The position numbers were made by a program, and so were the translations under genes. The notes beneath the pieces were generated by a model that ran no database searches, was not told the DNA's origin, and saw nothing but the letters and a program-made list of their open reading frames with translations. Shown in pieces: positions 10,951 through 21,393 of a stretch of 64,000 bases of DNA. The DNA is from Paramoeba atlantica (Eukaryota > Protista > Discosea), in contig CDRNVI010000034.1 of NCBI GenBank assembly GCA_977017575.1, forward strand, positions 62,001 to 126,000, given 5' to 3'. Every line of letters begins with the position of its first letter. Position 1 is the first letter of the stretch.

Positions 10951-11295
10951 AAACAACTTTATGGAAATGAAACATGCTAAGGACATTGTGATTCACACAG
11001 ATTGGTGCCCATAGGGTGCCCATATGGAGACCCGAAAAACAGCCAAAACAAGATTTTTAGAAAATACGAACCTTGGAAAAAACTAATAAAATGGAGGTAA
11101 AAAACGAATCTATTATTAGTACCCTGAGAGGGCTGAAACCTGGAGGACCCTGTCACTACCAGGTGGGATCGGTCGGGATCGGCGCTTGTGTCCCGTTTTA
11201 TGATATTTGTTACTCCTTTTTTGATGAACTTATTATATCATTTTTTTCTCTCTTATTAGTGTGGTTTGCAATTCCTCGCTTTCTGTCCAAAACTA

Positions 11296-11800
11296 ATGGA
11301 CGGAGATGCACCTCCAGATGACTCTCTGTACACAGAAAATATTTTCATCTCCGGTGACTCTGAAGCATACGATGGTATGCGTTCGTGGATCAGACGTTCT
11401 TAGAAGTAGACAATGCACAAGTCTTTGAGTCGTGTTAAAAAGGGGTACGACTTTATGTCTTTGCCTGGAGCAGAGCGAAATGCGAGGAAATTCGTCCTTG
11501 ATCGTTTACCGGACGCTGGTCTTCTCGAGCGCATGGAGGAAAACGTCATTAGTTTGTGTGTCAACTGGATAAACAATCCAAAAAAAATCCAAATCATTCC
11601 GGATTGCTCCGGATGGCCACTGGCAAGCCAGACCCTTCACAGACAGATTTGGAAGTTCCGAGGCCGACGTCCTCTACCAGTTTCCGCTTGTCCAAGGCGG
11701 CACCAACGTGCTGTTGCCGACACGCTGCGTCGACGAACTGTACGCCAACACGGCTTACCCAAGAGGTGTAAGCGGGGTAAGGGAGCTGGTTCCCTGAGGG
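11296..11800 (+). pseudogene. Disrupted ORF of an unknown dispersed family (homologous to 43454-43843)
   Basis: MDGDAPPDDSLYTENIFISGDSEAYDGMRSWIRRS*K*TMHKSL..AERNARKFVLDRLPDAGLLERMEENVISLCVNWI has two in-frame stops and a later frameshift. Confidence 0.6.
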
Positions 11801-12199
11801 GAGGGCCCGGGACGGTTCTCCGAGTACTGGGCCTAGTCGGTTCTCAGCCCAGCCTCTTAGAGTGAGGCCGCCAGTAATATTGCGATGAGCGGGTTTGAAC
11901 TCGCCGTCTGAGAACCATAAACAATCGAAGGAAGCAGTTAAAAGATTTTCCGTGCGGTAAAGTGGTAGAGCTCTAACGTTCCCATCGATGAGATGAGTGT
12001 CCTCCACCATTTGTAGTACCTTTCTGGGTCTGTTTGGAACTGAATAATTGAGTTTACAACTTTAATTATGGCATGCGGGCTAGATCATCTCCGGGGCTGT
12101 TATAGAAGATAGCTAATGTTTCTACTTTAACTGTTATGCGTTATACACTTTTATGTTACGGCTCCTATATTGTACAAATGCTGTATAGTACCTACAATA

Positions 12200-13910
12200 C
12201 CGTCCGATCCATAATTAAGGAATAACTTCAATTAGTGCAGGGGATTTTAAGAGAATAAGTACTGCACTAATTGAATGTGCACTAATTAAGTGTGCACTAA
12301 TTAAAAGCGGAACTGCATCTCTTGGAAAACTAGAAAAAGGCAGAAAATAATTCGCACAAAATAATTCGGAAGATTAATGGTTAACAAATATCTGGTCAAA
12401 AAAGTAATTTGCGCACAAGGATTCTGAAGTTTAGCTGTTAATGAATATTTGGTCAAGAATAACATAAAATCCGATCGAAAAGGAAGCAAAACTAGGTCGC
12501 ACATGAATGAATCTCAAAAGAATATCGTTAATCAATGTCTTCGATACAAGTTTTCTTTTTCAGACTTTCCAAGATATAGTATGCGCAACGAATTACTTAC
12601 AATTCGAGCCGTAGCTTCTGCAATAGTTGAAGTTGCATCGGAATATATGCTTTCCAAATCTGCATGCTAGTCAAAACGAAACGACTCTCACAAAGTGCTT
12701 GGAATTCACGTACTTCTTCATTACTGATAACGTACTGATCGCACGGCTGAAATACGTGAGTCATTTTTGGGGGAATAAATACCACTGAGCACCCGGTATC
12801 AGATAGAAGCGTCAAGATTTCTTTGTGTTGTGACGCTTGATCAATTAGCAATAATGCCGGTAAGGTGGAATCTCCCAGTTTTGTTCGGATTTCTGTTAAT
12901 ACCTCCTTGAAATCCTGAGTCCATTTTTTAAAAGACTCTGCATCTTGAAAATGCGACGCTGCACGATGATCTTGTATGATGCGCTTGTTATGTTCTTTGC
13001 GAGGAGCTTTGGCATGCACACCATCCGTCACCCCCTTCCACAAGAAATGCGCGCGGTGAAGTACACCATCAGCAGATACAAGTATTGTTGATGTAAATCC
13101 GAGACGCGTCCCTGCAAGCTGAATCGGCTTTCCCTTTGATGCACGTACCCATGTCCATTCGCGGTTTGTTTCATCCAGCTTACAGAAAAATTCATCCATG
13201 TTAAATATGAGTTCTGGGAGAATGTGGGAATATTTTTTTAGCTCATCATAAAAGAATAAACCAGCCTTCATCACTTCAGGAGAGGAAACCGTGCGATCGG
13301 ATGTAGCGGCTCGTACAGTAAATCCGTTGTCGTGCAAGAATCTGCGTGCCCAAGAGCAGCTTATGACGTAGGGGCCCCCATTCTCAGAAAGAAGTTCAGA
13401 CCGATCTCTACCCAATATCCCTCGAGCCATGCTTGCAATCAAGGATGCATTGTACATCTTAATGCCATCTAAAACATCATTCTTTTCTGCATCCGTAAGC
13501 ATATCTTTTCGGCCACACTTACCGGAAGGAGCATGGTCATTCAAAGCATAGGCACTTCGTTCAGACATTTTCTTACCGTGCGTTTGATTCCAAATCTGCA
13601 TGCTAGTCAAAACGGAACGACTCTCACAAAGTGCTTGGAATTCACGTACTTCTTCATCACTCCACGTATTTCTTTTTGCTTTGCGCGATGAGCGTTTAGC
13701 CTCAAGTTCCTCCACAAGATCTGCCACATGCCGTGATACGCAAAAATTGTTTGAGGCAAGCGTCGACTGCGACGGGGCCATAGCAGGAAAAAGTAATCAA
13801 AAATGAAGAGTTTCTCCACAAAAAATAAAAAAATTAATTATTGCACTAATTAAATGTGCACTAATTAACTGTGCAATGATTTTTCACCGCAGTAATTATG
13901 GATCGGACGG
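12200..13910 (-). mobile_element. pogo/Tigger-type DNA transposon with perfect 18-bp TIRs and TA target duplication
   Basis: TA|CCGTCCGATCCATAATTA (12200-12217) ... TAATTATGGATCGGACGG|TA (13893-13910). Subterminal GTGCACTAATT repeats at both ends. Confidence 0.93.
12597..13781 (-). CDS. pogo-like transposase (CENP-B-type HTH plus DDE_1), C-terminus scrambled
   Basis: SWARRFL (HTH), IFNMDE, LLIDQASQH, FIPPKMTHVFQPCDQ (D,D,D triad). Confidence 0.88.
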   Translation of the reverse strand: MAPSQSTLASNNFCVSRHVADLVEELEAKRSSRKAKRNTWSDEEVREFQALCESRSVLTSMQIWNQTHGKKMSERSAYALNDHAPSGKCGRKDMLTDAEKNDVLDGIKMYNASLIASMARGILGRDRSELLSENGGPYVISCSWARRFLHDNGFTVRAATSDRTVSSPEVMKAGLFFYDELKKYSHILPELIFNMDEFFCKLDETNREWTWVRASKGKPIQLAGTRLGFTSTILVSADGVLHRAHFLWKGVTDGVHAKAPRKEHNKRIIQDHRAASHFQDAESFKKWTQDFKEVLTEIRTKLGDSTLPALLLIDQASQHKEILTLLSDTGCSVVFIPPKMTHVFQPCDQYVISNEEVREFQALCESRFVLTSMQIWKAYIPMQLQLLQKLRLEL

Positions 13911-14972
13911 TAATCTGAATCTACAAAATATCTAATGTATATCGGTTATTTTCCTACTTACCTATGATACTGATTATAGCAAGCAATAATCGCAATTTTC
14001 GCCAAAAAATCAACGCGAAGCGTGCAGCATGAGTGACTTCTAAGTTGAAAACAAACACCGCATTTAACGAAGCCACTAAAAAATTATCAATATGGGGGTG
14101 GGGTCATCCCACCCCCATATTGATGACCCCATACCAATGGGGTCATCCCATTGGTATGGGGCAAAAGAAGTACAAGTGTGGCGCCCAAGAGGTGCGCGCA
14201 AGTTCTCAGAGACACATAAAAATGTATTCCTAAGATAATTGAATGAAAGGCATGTTTCTGCATGACACACTTGCCAAGCCGATGAAAATATAACGATGTG
14301 TTTGCTATATATCAATTGCGGTGGTTGTATAACTACCGCTCTACCCTCGATTATTGAAAAAAAAGTGAACAAAAACAGTGAAAATATAAAGAGAAACACA
14401 GTAATAAATAATAGAAGAAATTATAATAGAAGAAAATTATCTTTATAATAGAAGAAAAAATATAAAAGGGGGCCCCGGTAGTCCAAAACTGAAAAAAAAA
14501 ATTCAAAAAAAGGGGGGGGGATACGTCGCGATTCTTTTTTTCGAATTTTTTGCTTTTCAAAATCGAGCGCAGGGAAGTGGTAGAGTAGGCCGCGGCAATA
14601 ATCCCCCCCCCCCCATGGCGGTACCCCCCAGGTACACGCAGGAGGGGTCCGACAAGGCCAAATTTTCCGAATTTTTTGGGGTGACCAAAATTTTTTTTTG
14701 ACCCAAAAAAAGGTAAAAATAATATTTTTCCAAAATCGACTCCTAAATCGTATTCGGGGAGTTTGGGACCTCAGCTACCATTCTACGACGTTTTTTTCGC
14801 CAGATTTGACTCCTGCCCCTACTGGTAAGGCATCAAAAACGGCCCAAATTCGGGTTAAAATTTCGCAATTTTTGTCGAAAAATCGAGCTGTTTCCCCCAA
14901 AAAAGTAGATTATTCATGATCTTTTCCCGATTTTTCTTTTTTAGGATCTTCGTTAAACGCGGCGGTAGTTTT

Positions 14973-16196
14973 GGTGAAATTAAAGCAAAATTCGCCTTTT
15001 TTTGAAAAAAAAAGGAAAGTCGTCCCCACTAAAAATAATTGTATCTTTTTTGCGAGTATCGCGAATTGCAAGTATCGTATCATGTATTTCTACTTCTTCC
15101 TTTATTTTTCAGATTCATTTTTCAGATTCAGACTCCTCAACTCCAACACATGCCCTGTAAAGGATGCAACAGTTTCTCTTGCCGAGGAAATCTCACTTTG
15201 AGCAAAGTTTCTGTGTGGAGCGAATGTTATAAGTCAGCGTATGTTACAAGTCAGCGCACAAGGGGCCCTACACTATGCACGTCACTGGCGGGAAATGGAG
15301 GTGTACTAAAAAATGCAAAGGAACGTACGCCACCTTAGGACATCTCGTACCTGGAAGGGCACAAAGAAGTGCAAAGCAAACATTAAAGTACATAATTTTG
15401 TACGCTCGTGGTGGACGGCATGCGGATTCGGCAGCGGAGACAGAACTTAGTCAGCAGACCATTGTGTCTCTAAGGCAATGGATGGATGGCATGATGGCCA
15501 CAGCTCATGTTCGCCGAAGTATCAGGAATCGCGGCAGCGTTGCTTCAATGCAATGCGATGAGACATTTTTTTCTGTACGGAAACGTCGCCGAGGTTCTCA
15601 TGGTGCAAGACGGGTGCGAGATGATGGTACAGAAGTTGCACAGACAATTGCTGTGACTACTCAAGCGAACAAATTATCTGAAATGTTCATGGAAGTTGTA
15701 CCTGATCGTAAGGCGAGCACGTTACTTCCTCGAATTGAAGATCTGGCGAGCGGGGGGAGGAAACGAATTTGGACCGACGGGGCGCGTCACAATATCCGCC
15801 TTGGTGGACGCTATAAGTGGAATAGCATGAACCACCGCCGAGAATGGATAACAGAAGAGGGTGTCCACACGAACACTGTGGAGTGTGCGAATTCGGTGGC
15901 GAAGAGACTTAATCGAGAAGGAAACGTATTAGGAAGAAAAAAGGATAAACGGGCAGATCGTGTGCAAGCCAATGCTGAAAAAAGCAACGGCAGCCTACGG
16001 TACAATGGCGGCGATGTAATGCTGCGCATCCTACAGAATCTACAAGATCATTGTCATCGTATTCATTTGTAGGTCTTGTCCAAGTATTTAAGTCGAAAAC
16101 TAGAAGCGGAAAGTGTTGATTTCATTGCACAAAATTTTTGAAAACCGGAAAAAAAAAACCTTTTTTTAAAAGGGCGAATTTTGTTTTAATTTAAAC
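14973..16196 (+). mobile_element. Merlin (IS1595/ISXO2-like) DNA transposon, 1224 bp
   Basis: 8-bp target duplication GTAGTTTT at 14965-14972 and 16197-16204. Imperfect TIRs GGTGAAATTAAAGCAAAATTCGCC / GGCGAATTTTGTTTTAATTTAAAC. Confidence 0.9.
15275..16072 (+). CDS. Merlin/ISXO2-like transposase (N-terminus probably degenerate)
   Basis: MQCDETFF, VPDRKASTLLPRI, IWTDG, SMNH..WITEEGVHTNTVEC..AKR. Confidence 0.88.
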   Translation: MHVTGGKWRCTKKCKGTYATLGHLVPGRAQRSAKQTLKYIILYARGGRHADSAAETELSQQTIVSLRQWMDGMMATAHVRRSIRNRGSVASMQCDETFFSVRKRRRGSHGARRVRDDGTEVAQTIAVTTQANKLSEMFMEVVPDRKASTLLPRIEDLASGGRKRIWTDGARHNIRLGGRYKWNSMNHRREWITEEGVHTNTVECANSVAKRLNREGNVLGRKKDKRADRVQANAEKSNGSLRYNGGDVMLRILQNLQDHCHRIHL

Positions 16197-16575
16197 GTAG
16201 TTTTCAACGAGAAGTGCGGATCATGAGTGACTTCTAAGTTGAAAACGACCACCGCGTTTAACGAAGAGTCTAAATATTTCTTGTGTTCGATACCAAAAAC
16301 AGGAGAATTAAGGGACGGTTAATTACGGGACACTTTGACCTTGATGAGGGGCATCTCTTAAATTAAGGGTTAATTAAGTTAATTAACATGTCCCGTAATA
16401 AAGACCCACACTGTAGGTCGAAAGCTCCTACGGTAACTGTTTTACAGAAAAGAAGAAGAAAGCTCATAGAAACAGCGGATGTGGTTTCCCATTTTGACAA
16501 CTTTTGAGTTTTTCAATCAGTTTAATGAAAATGTTACGATGCAATTCCGACCGCATTGATCAGATTGTGGATTAG

Positions 16576-17361
16576 TCACTGAAATTCTGTAAGCAGAGTA
16601 TTAAACACGTCGAAACGTTTCACCTTTCTCTGGTAAGAAAAGCTAAACAGCCCTAAGCTCTTCGTATACAATTTGGGAGGTAAAGATTTGACACTATAGC
16701 TCCCCTTTAACTTTGGGTTCGATGCCAATGTGAGCTGCGATAACCCCATGGGAAGGTTGTCAAAGCAAACTGAACCATCTAGTTCGTTGTGATAGAAGTC
16801 GATAAATTTCATTGTGTTCGGAAGGCGAGAAAGATTGAGATCCCCTGAAAACTTGTTTTGATGCAAATCAAGGTATTCAAAACCATGCGGAAGATGGCGT
16901 AGATCAAGTCTACCTTCACATTCATTCATATACGCACTCATTTTCTTCAGCGACCTCGGTAGGTCCGTCAAATTTAGATTTCCAGTAAAACTATTAGCAT
17001 TGGCAACAAACTCTGCTAAGTTACGAGGCAAATATTCCATCTCAATGGATCCCGAGAAATGATTATTGTGCAAATTTAATCGAGAAAGCGTCGTGGGGGC
17101 GTATTTCCACCGTAGAATTCCGAGATACCCACTATTCCACCAGGTAAGCGATTCTACGAACCCATCTTCTCCACATCGTATACCCCACCAGCGGCAGGCG
17201 GTATTGCTTTCGTTCCACGAGGGATCCGGATTTCTCACTTCTTTCATAAATTCCACAAGTTCGTATTCTTGTGGCACCGCAGCTCTTGCCTTACCCAATC
17301 GCGTGGAAGTGTGATTGGTGTCTGCAGAATGTAGGAACACTATACCTATGGATAATGCCAT
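16576..17361 (-). CDS. Short LRR-family protein
   Basis: ADTNHTSTRLGK..VPQEYELVEF..NPDPSWNESNTACRWWGIRC, followed by LRRs. Confidence 0.9.
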   Translation of the reverse strand: MALSIGIVFLHSADTNHTSTRLGKARAAVPQEYELVEFMKEVRNPDPSWNESNTACRWWGIRCGEDGFVESLTWWNSGYLGILRWKYAPTTLSRLNLHNNHFSGSIEMEYLPRNLAEFVANANSFTGNLNLTDLPRSLKKMSAYMNECEGRLDLRHLPHGFEYLDLHQNKFSGDLNLSRLPNTMKFIDFYHNELDGSVCFDNLPMGLSQLTLASNPKLKGSYSVKSLPPKLYTKSLGLFSFSYQRKVKRFDVFNTLLTEFQ

Positions 17362-17452
17362 TGCGCAAAATATGACCCAGTTGTAAAAGATTGCGACGGG
17401 TCTAGGGAAGGGGTGGTTGCGAATTGTAAAAAAAATTATAAAAAATTAGATA

Positions 17453-17810
17453 CTCTTCCTCTCATTAATTTCTACAAATATAAATTATAACGAAATAGAA
17501 AATTTATAAAGGAAAATTTATAAGAATTTATAATTTATTTATATTTATAGAAATTAATGAGAATGATTAGGCAAAAAGTCCTGATCAGTGATCCTGCCTG
17601 ATGGAAAAACGCTGTTTTTCTGCGATAAACTATCGCGGAACGTGAGATCCAAGGCCCTTGTCGGAAGTGAGGGTCAAATTTTTCTGCGGTGTTCTCCCCT
17701 CTATCCTAGATTTTCCTGTTTTTTCTCCAAAAATATAATTTTTTGAAAATCTATAATTTTTTTTCTGAAAAATTAGGAATGGCATTTATAGAAATTAATG
17801 AGAAGAGGAG
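17453..17810. mobile_element. TA-target MITE
   Basis: TA|CTCTTCCTCTCATTAATTTCTA ... TAGAAATTAATGAGAAGAGGAG|TA. Confidence 0.7.
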
Positions 17811-18009
17811 TATACCCTCCATGATCATAAAAAAGGGTTGTGTGAAAAAAACACGGTAGGTTTAGAAAAACAAAAACAAAGAAAAGATTTTAAAAAAAAT
17901 TGTTTTTACTTATTCCAGTTTTCTCTTAAAAAGTGCATAAGAAAGCACGGTAACTTTAATTGTCCTTGCTTGTCAAAATTGTTTGAACCTGCTTGAAAAA
18001 CAGATTTTA

Positions 18010-19081
18010 CCGGTGAAACAGTTATTAAGGATAGAAGTAATTAAGGCAGAACAGATTTAAAAATTAATTATTGCCTTAATTAAAGTTGCCTTAATTAAAG
18101 TTGCCTTAATTGAAGTTGCCTTAATTAAAGTTGCCTTAATTGAAGTTGCCTTAATTAAAGTTGCTTAATTAAAGTTGCCTTAATTAAAGTGGCGCTGATA
18201 AAAGCCCAAAACAGTTCTTATTTAAATATTGTCGTTCGTAGCATAAATATCACATTTCTGCTAAAAGTGCTCAATTTCTGATCATTTGTCAAGTTTTTCG
18301 TGCTTTTCTAGACGAGCTTCGCCTGTTTCGCCTACCTTTACGGTCTTCAACCAGTTCAACGTGTGAGAGAAAAGCTAAAACGATCATTGAAAGGAGAAGT
18401 CTGAGACGGAATCATGAAATTAATTTTTCCCATTTTTTTCCCCAAAATGACAAAAAATTAATTATTGCCTTACCGGGCGTTACTTAATTACGGAATTTCT
18501 TAATTACGGTTAACGGTTAAAATTTCGTCGATTTTAACCCTAAATCGGTTAACCGTAATTAGGGAGTAACCGTAATTAAGAAATTCCGTAAATAGGGAAA
18601 ATCGGTTATGCGTTGCGCACAACGAATTTAAACATCAATGAAACTATAACGATCTACCATCAATATCGTGCATCTTATACCCACTAGATTCGAAAGTGCG
18701 CTGTCGCTTTCTTCTAGTGGTATCCGCATCATCGTTGCGTTCCTCGTAGTCAAATCCAAGCTAGAATGTTTCCAAGCCCCTCGTAATGCAATTATCTGAT
18801 ACTATGTCGCAACATGGTGGCGCATTCCACATTGCACCAGGAATGCCAGTCGCTCTATTCCTCGCCCAGGAGGCTTTCTGCTTCCTGATATTCCAGTCAC
18901 AGGGCACATAAAAATATTTTGCTCGGAAAATAGAAATGTCAGTTTTAACCTTAAATAGATTAACCGTAATTAGGTAAAAACCGTAAGTAAGGGCAACCGT
19001 AATTAAGTAACGCCCGGTAATTAAAGCTGCCTTAATTAAAGTTGCCCTAATTTTAATTACCCTTAATTGAAGTTTCTACGG
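18010..19081. mobile_element. TA-target MITE containing a 15-bp TTAATTAAAGTTGCC array and a nested MITE
   Basis: Imperfect TIRs CCGGTGAAAC..ATTAAGG / CCTTAATTGAAGTTTCTACGG with TA flanks. About 8 copies of the 15-mer at 18074-18190. Confidence 0.55.
18473..19017. mobile_element. Nested TA-target MITE (545 bp)
   Basis: TA|CCGGGCGTTACTTAATTACGG ... CCGTAATTAAGTAACGCCCGG|TA, perfect 21-bp TIRs. Confidence 0.85.
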
Positions 19082-19256
19082 TATATCATGTTTTAATTGA
19101 ATTAGTCTTCCATGCAATTCTTTATGCAAAAGAAATTTCTACACGAGCTTAACTTAGAACACGAATTTTCGTGTATTCAAAGGCCTTGCATTTCAGCGTT
19201 TCCGGTAGTAAATCGACATGAACTTCTCCCGTAAGCTCGGAGTTGCCACGAAGTTT

Positions 19257-20505
19257 GTTTTTTCATGCACTTATAGTGCAGAGATTTGCCTCACTACATG
19301 TCCTTACCCGCATACGACGGGTGGATCAAGTGAGGGTTCGCCCTCGCCGGAGGTGTGCGGGTGCAGAGAGCTGGGGTCCCAGGTGCAGAGAGCTCGGTTG
19401 TCATGTGCAGGTGCAGAGAGCCGGATGCGTAATCCCCATATTACAGTTTCGGGGGCAATCCGGGTGCAGAGAGCTGCGACAGAGCCGAGGTGCAGAGAGC
19501 TGGGCGACCCCCAGGTGCAGAGAGCCGGGAGTCTCGTCGGCGGAGGATACGCCTAGTGGCCCTCAAGGGAGGACACCGTGACGCATGGCCTCTTCGGAAA
19601 GGTAATTGCGAGAGAAGGGGAAGCCGAGAGAGGGAAACACACACTCCAGGGGAGTGATTCGGGAAGGGGTGAAGGGGTGGAAGCGCGTCCCCTGCTTCAA
19701 CAATGGAGGGGGTGCAGACAGTACCTGTAGGTCGCTGTCGAACGGTGATGACCGATGGCGACCGGTGACGACCGATGGCGACCGGTGGCGAACGCTGTAG
19801 GCATTTTTTGAGGTTCGAAGGATCGACCATTAACCATACAAGTCTTCATAAACCACCCTTCATAAATAAGGCACCCCACCTTATTTTTGGCACAACAACG
19901 AAGGCCCCACACAAGCCGCGCTCGTCGTTTTTTGCAACAAGCTCCGGCGTTAGGGTTTCCACGTCTTGCGCTTTATGGCGTTCGAGGAAGAGGTTTTTTC
20001 CCATTGGGACGCACGTCGCGGAACAGTGAACGCAACGTTCCACAAATTACCCTTCTTCGCCGGAGGGCTGGCGGCAATCGAGGCAGACGGATGGCGTTTT
20101 CAAAGTGAACAGCTTATCTTCCCAGGTATCACAAAATTTCTTAGCACAGCGAGAAGTTTGCATTAATGGAACTAAGAAAAATAGTCGGGAATGTATAAAT
20201 TGGTGGTGTATAAAATGCTAAATTGTTTTTGCTGATGTATAATTATATTGATCAGTCGGTCATAAAGTTGAGCATTTTGGTCTTCAAAGTGTCGTTTTCT
20301 GGGAGTCGGTGACGACCGGTGGCGAACGCTGTAGGTATTTTTTGAGACCGTCGAAGGGCCACTTGCACTCCCTCCAATAGAGAGGGACAGTTTCGGCCTT
20401 AGTGCCGGCCGGAAACGGGCATAAAAATACAGTAAGAGTATGCCCGTTGCCGGGGAAAGAAAGGATAAACTCAACAAGGTACAGAAACTGTATCTTTATC
20501 GATGA
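19257..20505 (-). mobile_element. SL-headed insertion E1 (contains a nested MITE)
   Basis: On the minus strand it starts TCATCGATAAAGATACAGTTTCTGTACCTTGTTG, continues with the CCGG(C/A)AACGGGCAT hairpin, and ends GCATGAAAAAAC. It is homologous to E2 at both ends. Confidence 0.75.
19705..20375. mobile_element. MITE with 3-bp AAT target duplication (PIF/Harbinger- or CACTA-like target length) nested in E1
   Basis: AAT|GGAGGGGGTGCA ... TGCACTCCCTCC|AAT. Removing it restores colinearity of E1 with E2 (GCGTCCCCTGCTTC..AGAGGGACAGTT versus GCGCACCCCTACTTT..AGAGGGACAGTT). Confidence 0.75.
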
Positions 20506-20643
20506 AAGACTTACAAGTGCAGAAGGAAGGAGAGTAAGTGTTACATGACCACTTAGCTCATTCGCCGACAGAATTAATGAAACTAGCTTTGACGGAAGGT
20601 GACAAAGATCAATGATTCCCGAGAACTTATTGTACGAGGCTGT

Positions 20644-21393
20644 GTTTTTTCATGCAGGGCGAGACCTGCAGAGATATGTAGGCCCAGCAGAGGTAGGCGC
20701 AATCAACGCTCCCTGCTGGTCCTTTTTGCCTTTCTCGGCGACACAGGGAAGTGCGCGGGATATCTGCCCCGGGAAGGCGAAGAGAGGCGGCCTCATCGGG
20801 ATAAGATGTCCCGAGATGCTCAGCGAGCGCAATGCGCCAGGGAAGACATACGGATTTGTAGGACGCGGATGGTATTCCCATCGTACATGCTACAAATGAC
20901 TTCCATGGTTCATGATACAACATGGTCAGGGCCATGGATGCATGCTGGCAAATGGAGTCATGGTTCATGATGCATCATGGGCATCGGGGTCCCACCGAAT
21001 CCGCCACGGCTGGTGAGCAAGAGAGGTGCATAGAACATCCTCTAGAACACGCATGCAACGTGTTTGCTCGCCGTGTGGGAGACTTCCGGTATATGGAAGC
21101 CTCCTGCGCGCAGCAGTACCGGTGTCGCGCGATGGGGAAGACACGCCACGTGGTCCCGTAGTAGGGTCCTGCAGCGCATGGGGACTCGGAACCATGTTCC
21201 GAGCGGGGTGGTGGGAGATGAAGAAAGGGAGGCGCACCCCTACTTTGCGACAAGAGGGACAGTTCCTCTCCTAGCGCCATCCGGAAACGGGCATTGACAT
21301 AGTAAAAATATGCCCGTTTCCGGGAGAGAAATGATGAGCTAGGAAAATGTACCAACGAGGTACAGAAACTGTATCTTTATCGTTAAAACCGTC
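20644..21393 (-). mobile_element. SL-headed insertion E2 (750 bp)
   Basis: On the minus strand it starts ..TTTTAACGATAAAGATACAGTTTCTGTACCTCGTTGGTAC, has a perfect 14-bp stem at 21281-21294/21310-21323, and ends GCATGAAAAAAC. Confidence 0.75.

Larger units (their letters stand above)
14316..16270 (+). mobile_element. Helentron/HINE-like element, copy 2, interrupted by a Merlin transposon
   Basis: Same TTGCGGTGGTTGTATAACTACCGC end as copy 1. Its interior is the reverse complement of 60580-61165. The terminal hairpin module is split between 14945-14972 and 16197-16270. Confidence 0.65.

Noticed and set aside
11594-12010. 138-aa minus-strand ORF as a gene
   Set aside because: It overlaps the plus-strand pseudogene antisense and has no motifs.
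19360-19525. CRISPR array
   Set aside because: The repeats are only 12 nt, the spacers vary from 10 to 41 nt, there are no cas genes, and the context is eukaryotic. The 123-bp array also has no unique spacers.
20472-21384. E1/E2 heads as functional SL RNA genes
   Set aside because: The conserved TTTA/TATA before TTG is replaced, the first exon bases are missing, E1 lacks the GT donor, the copies are not tandem, and both sit inside a protein gene.
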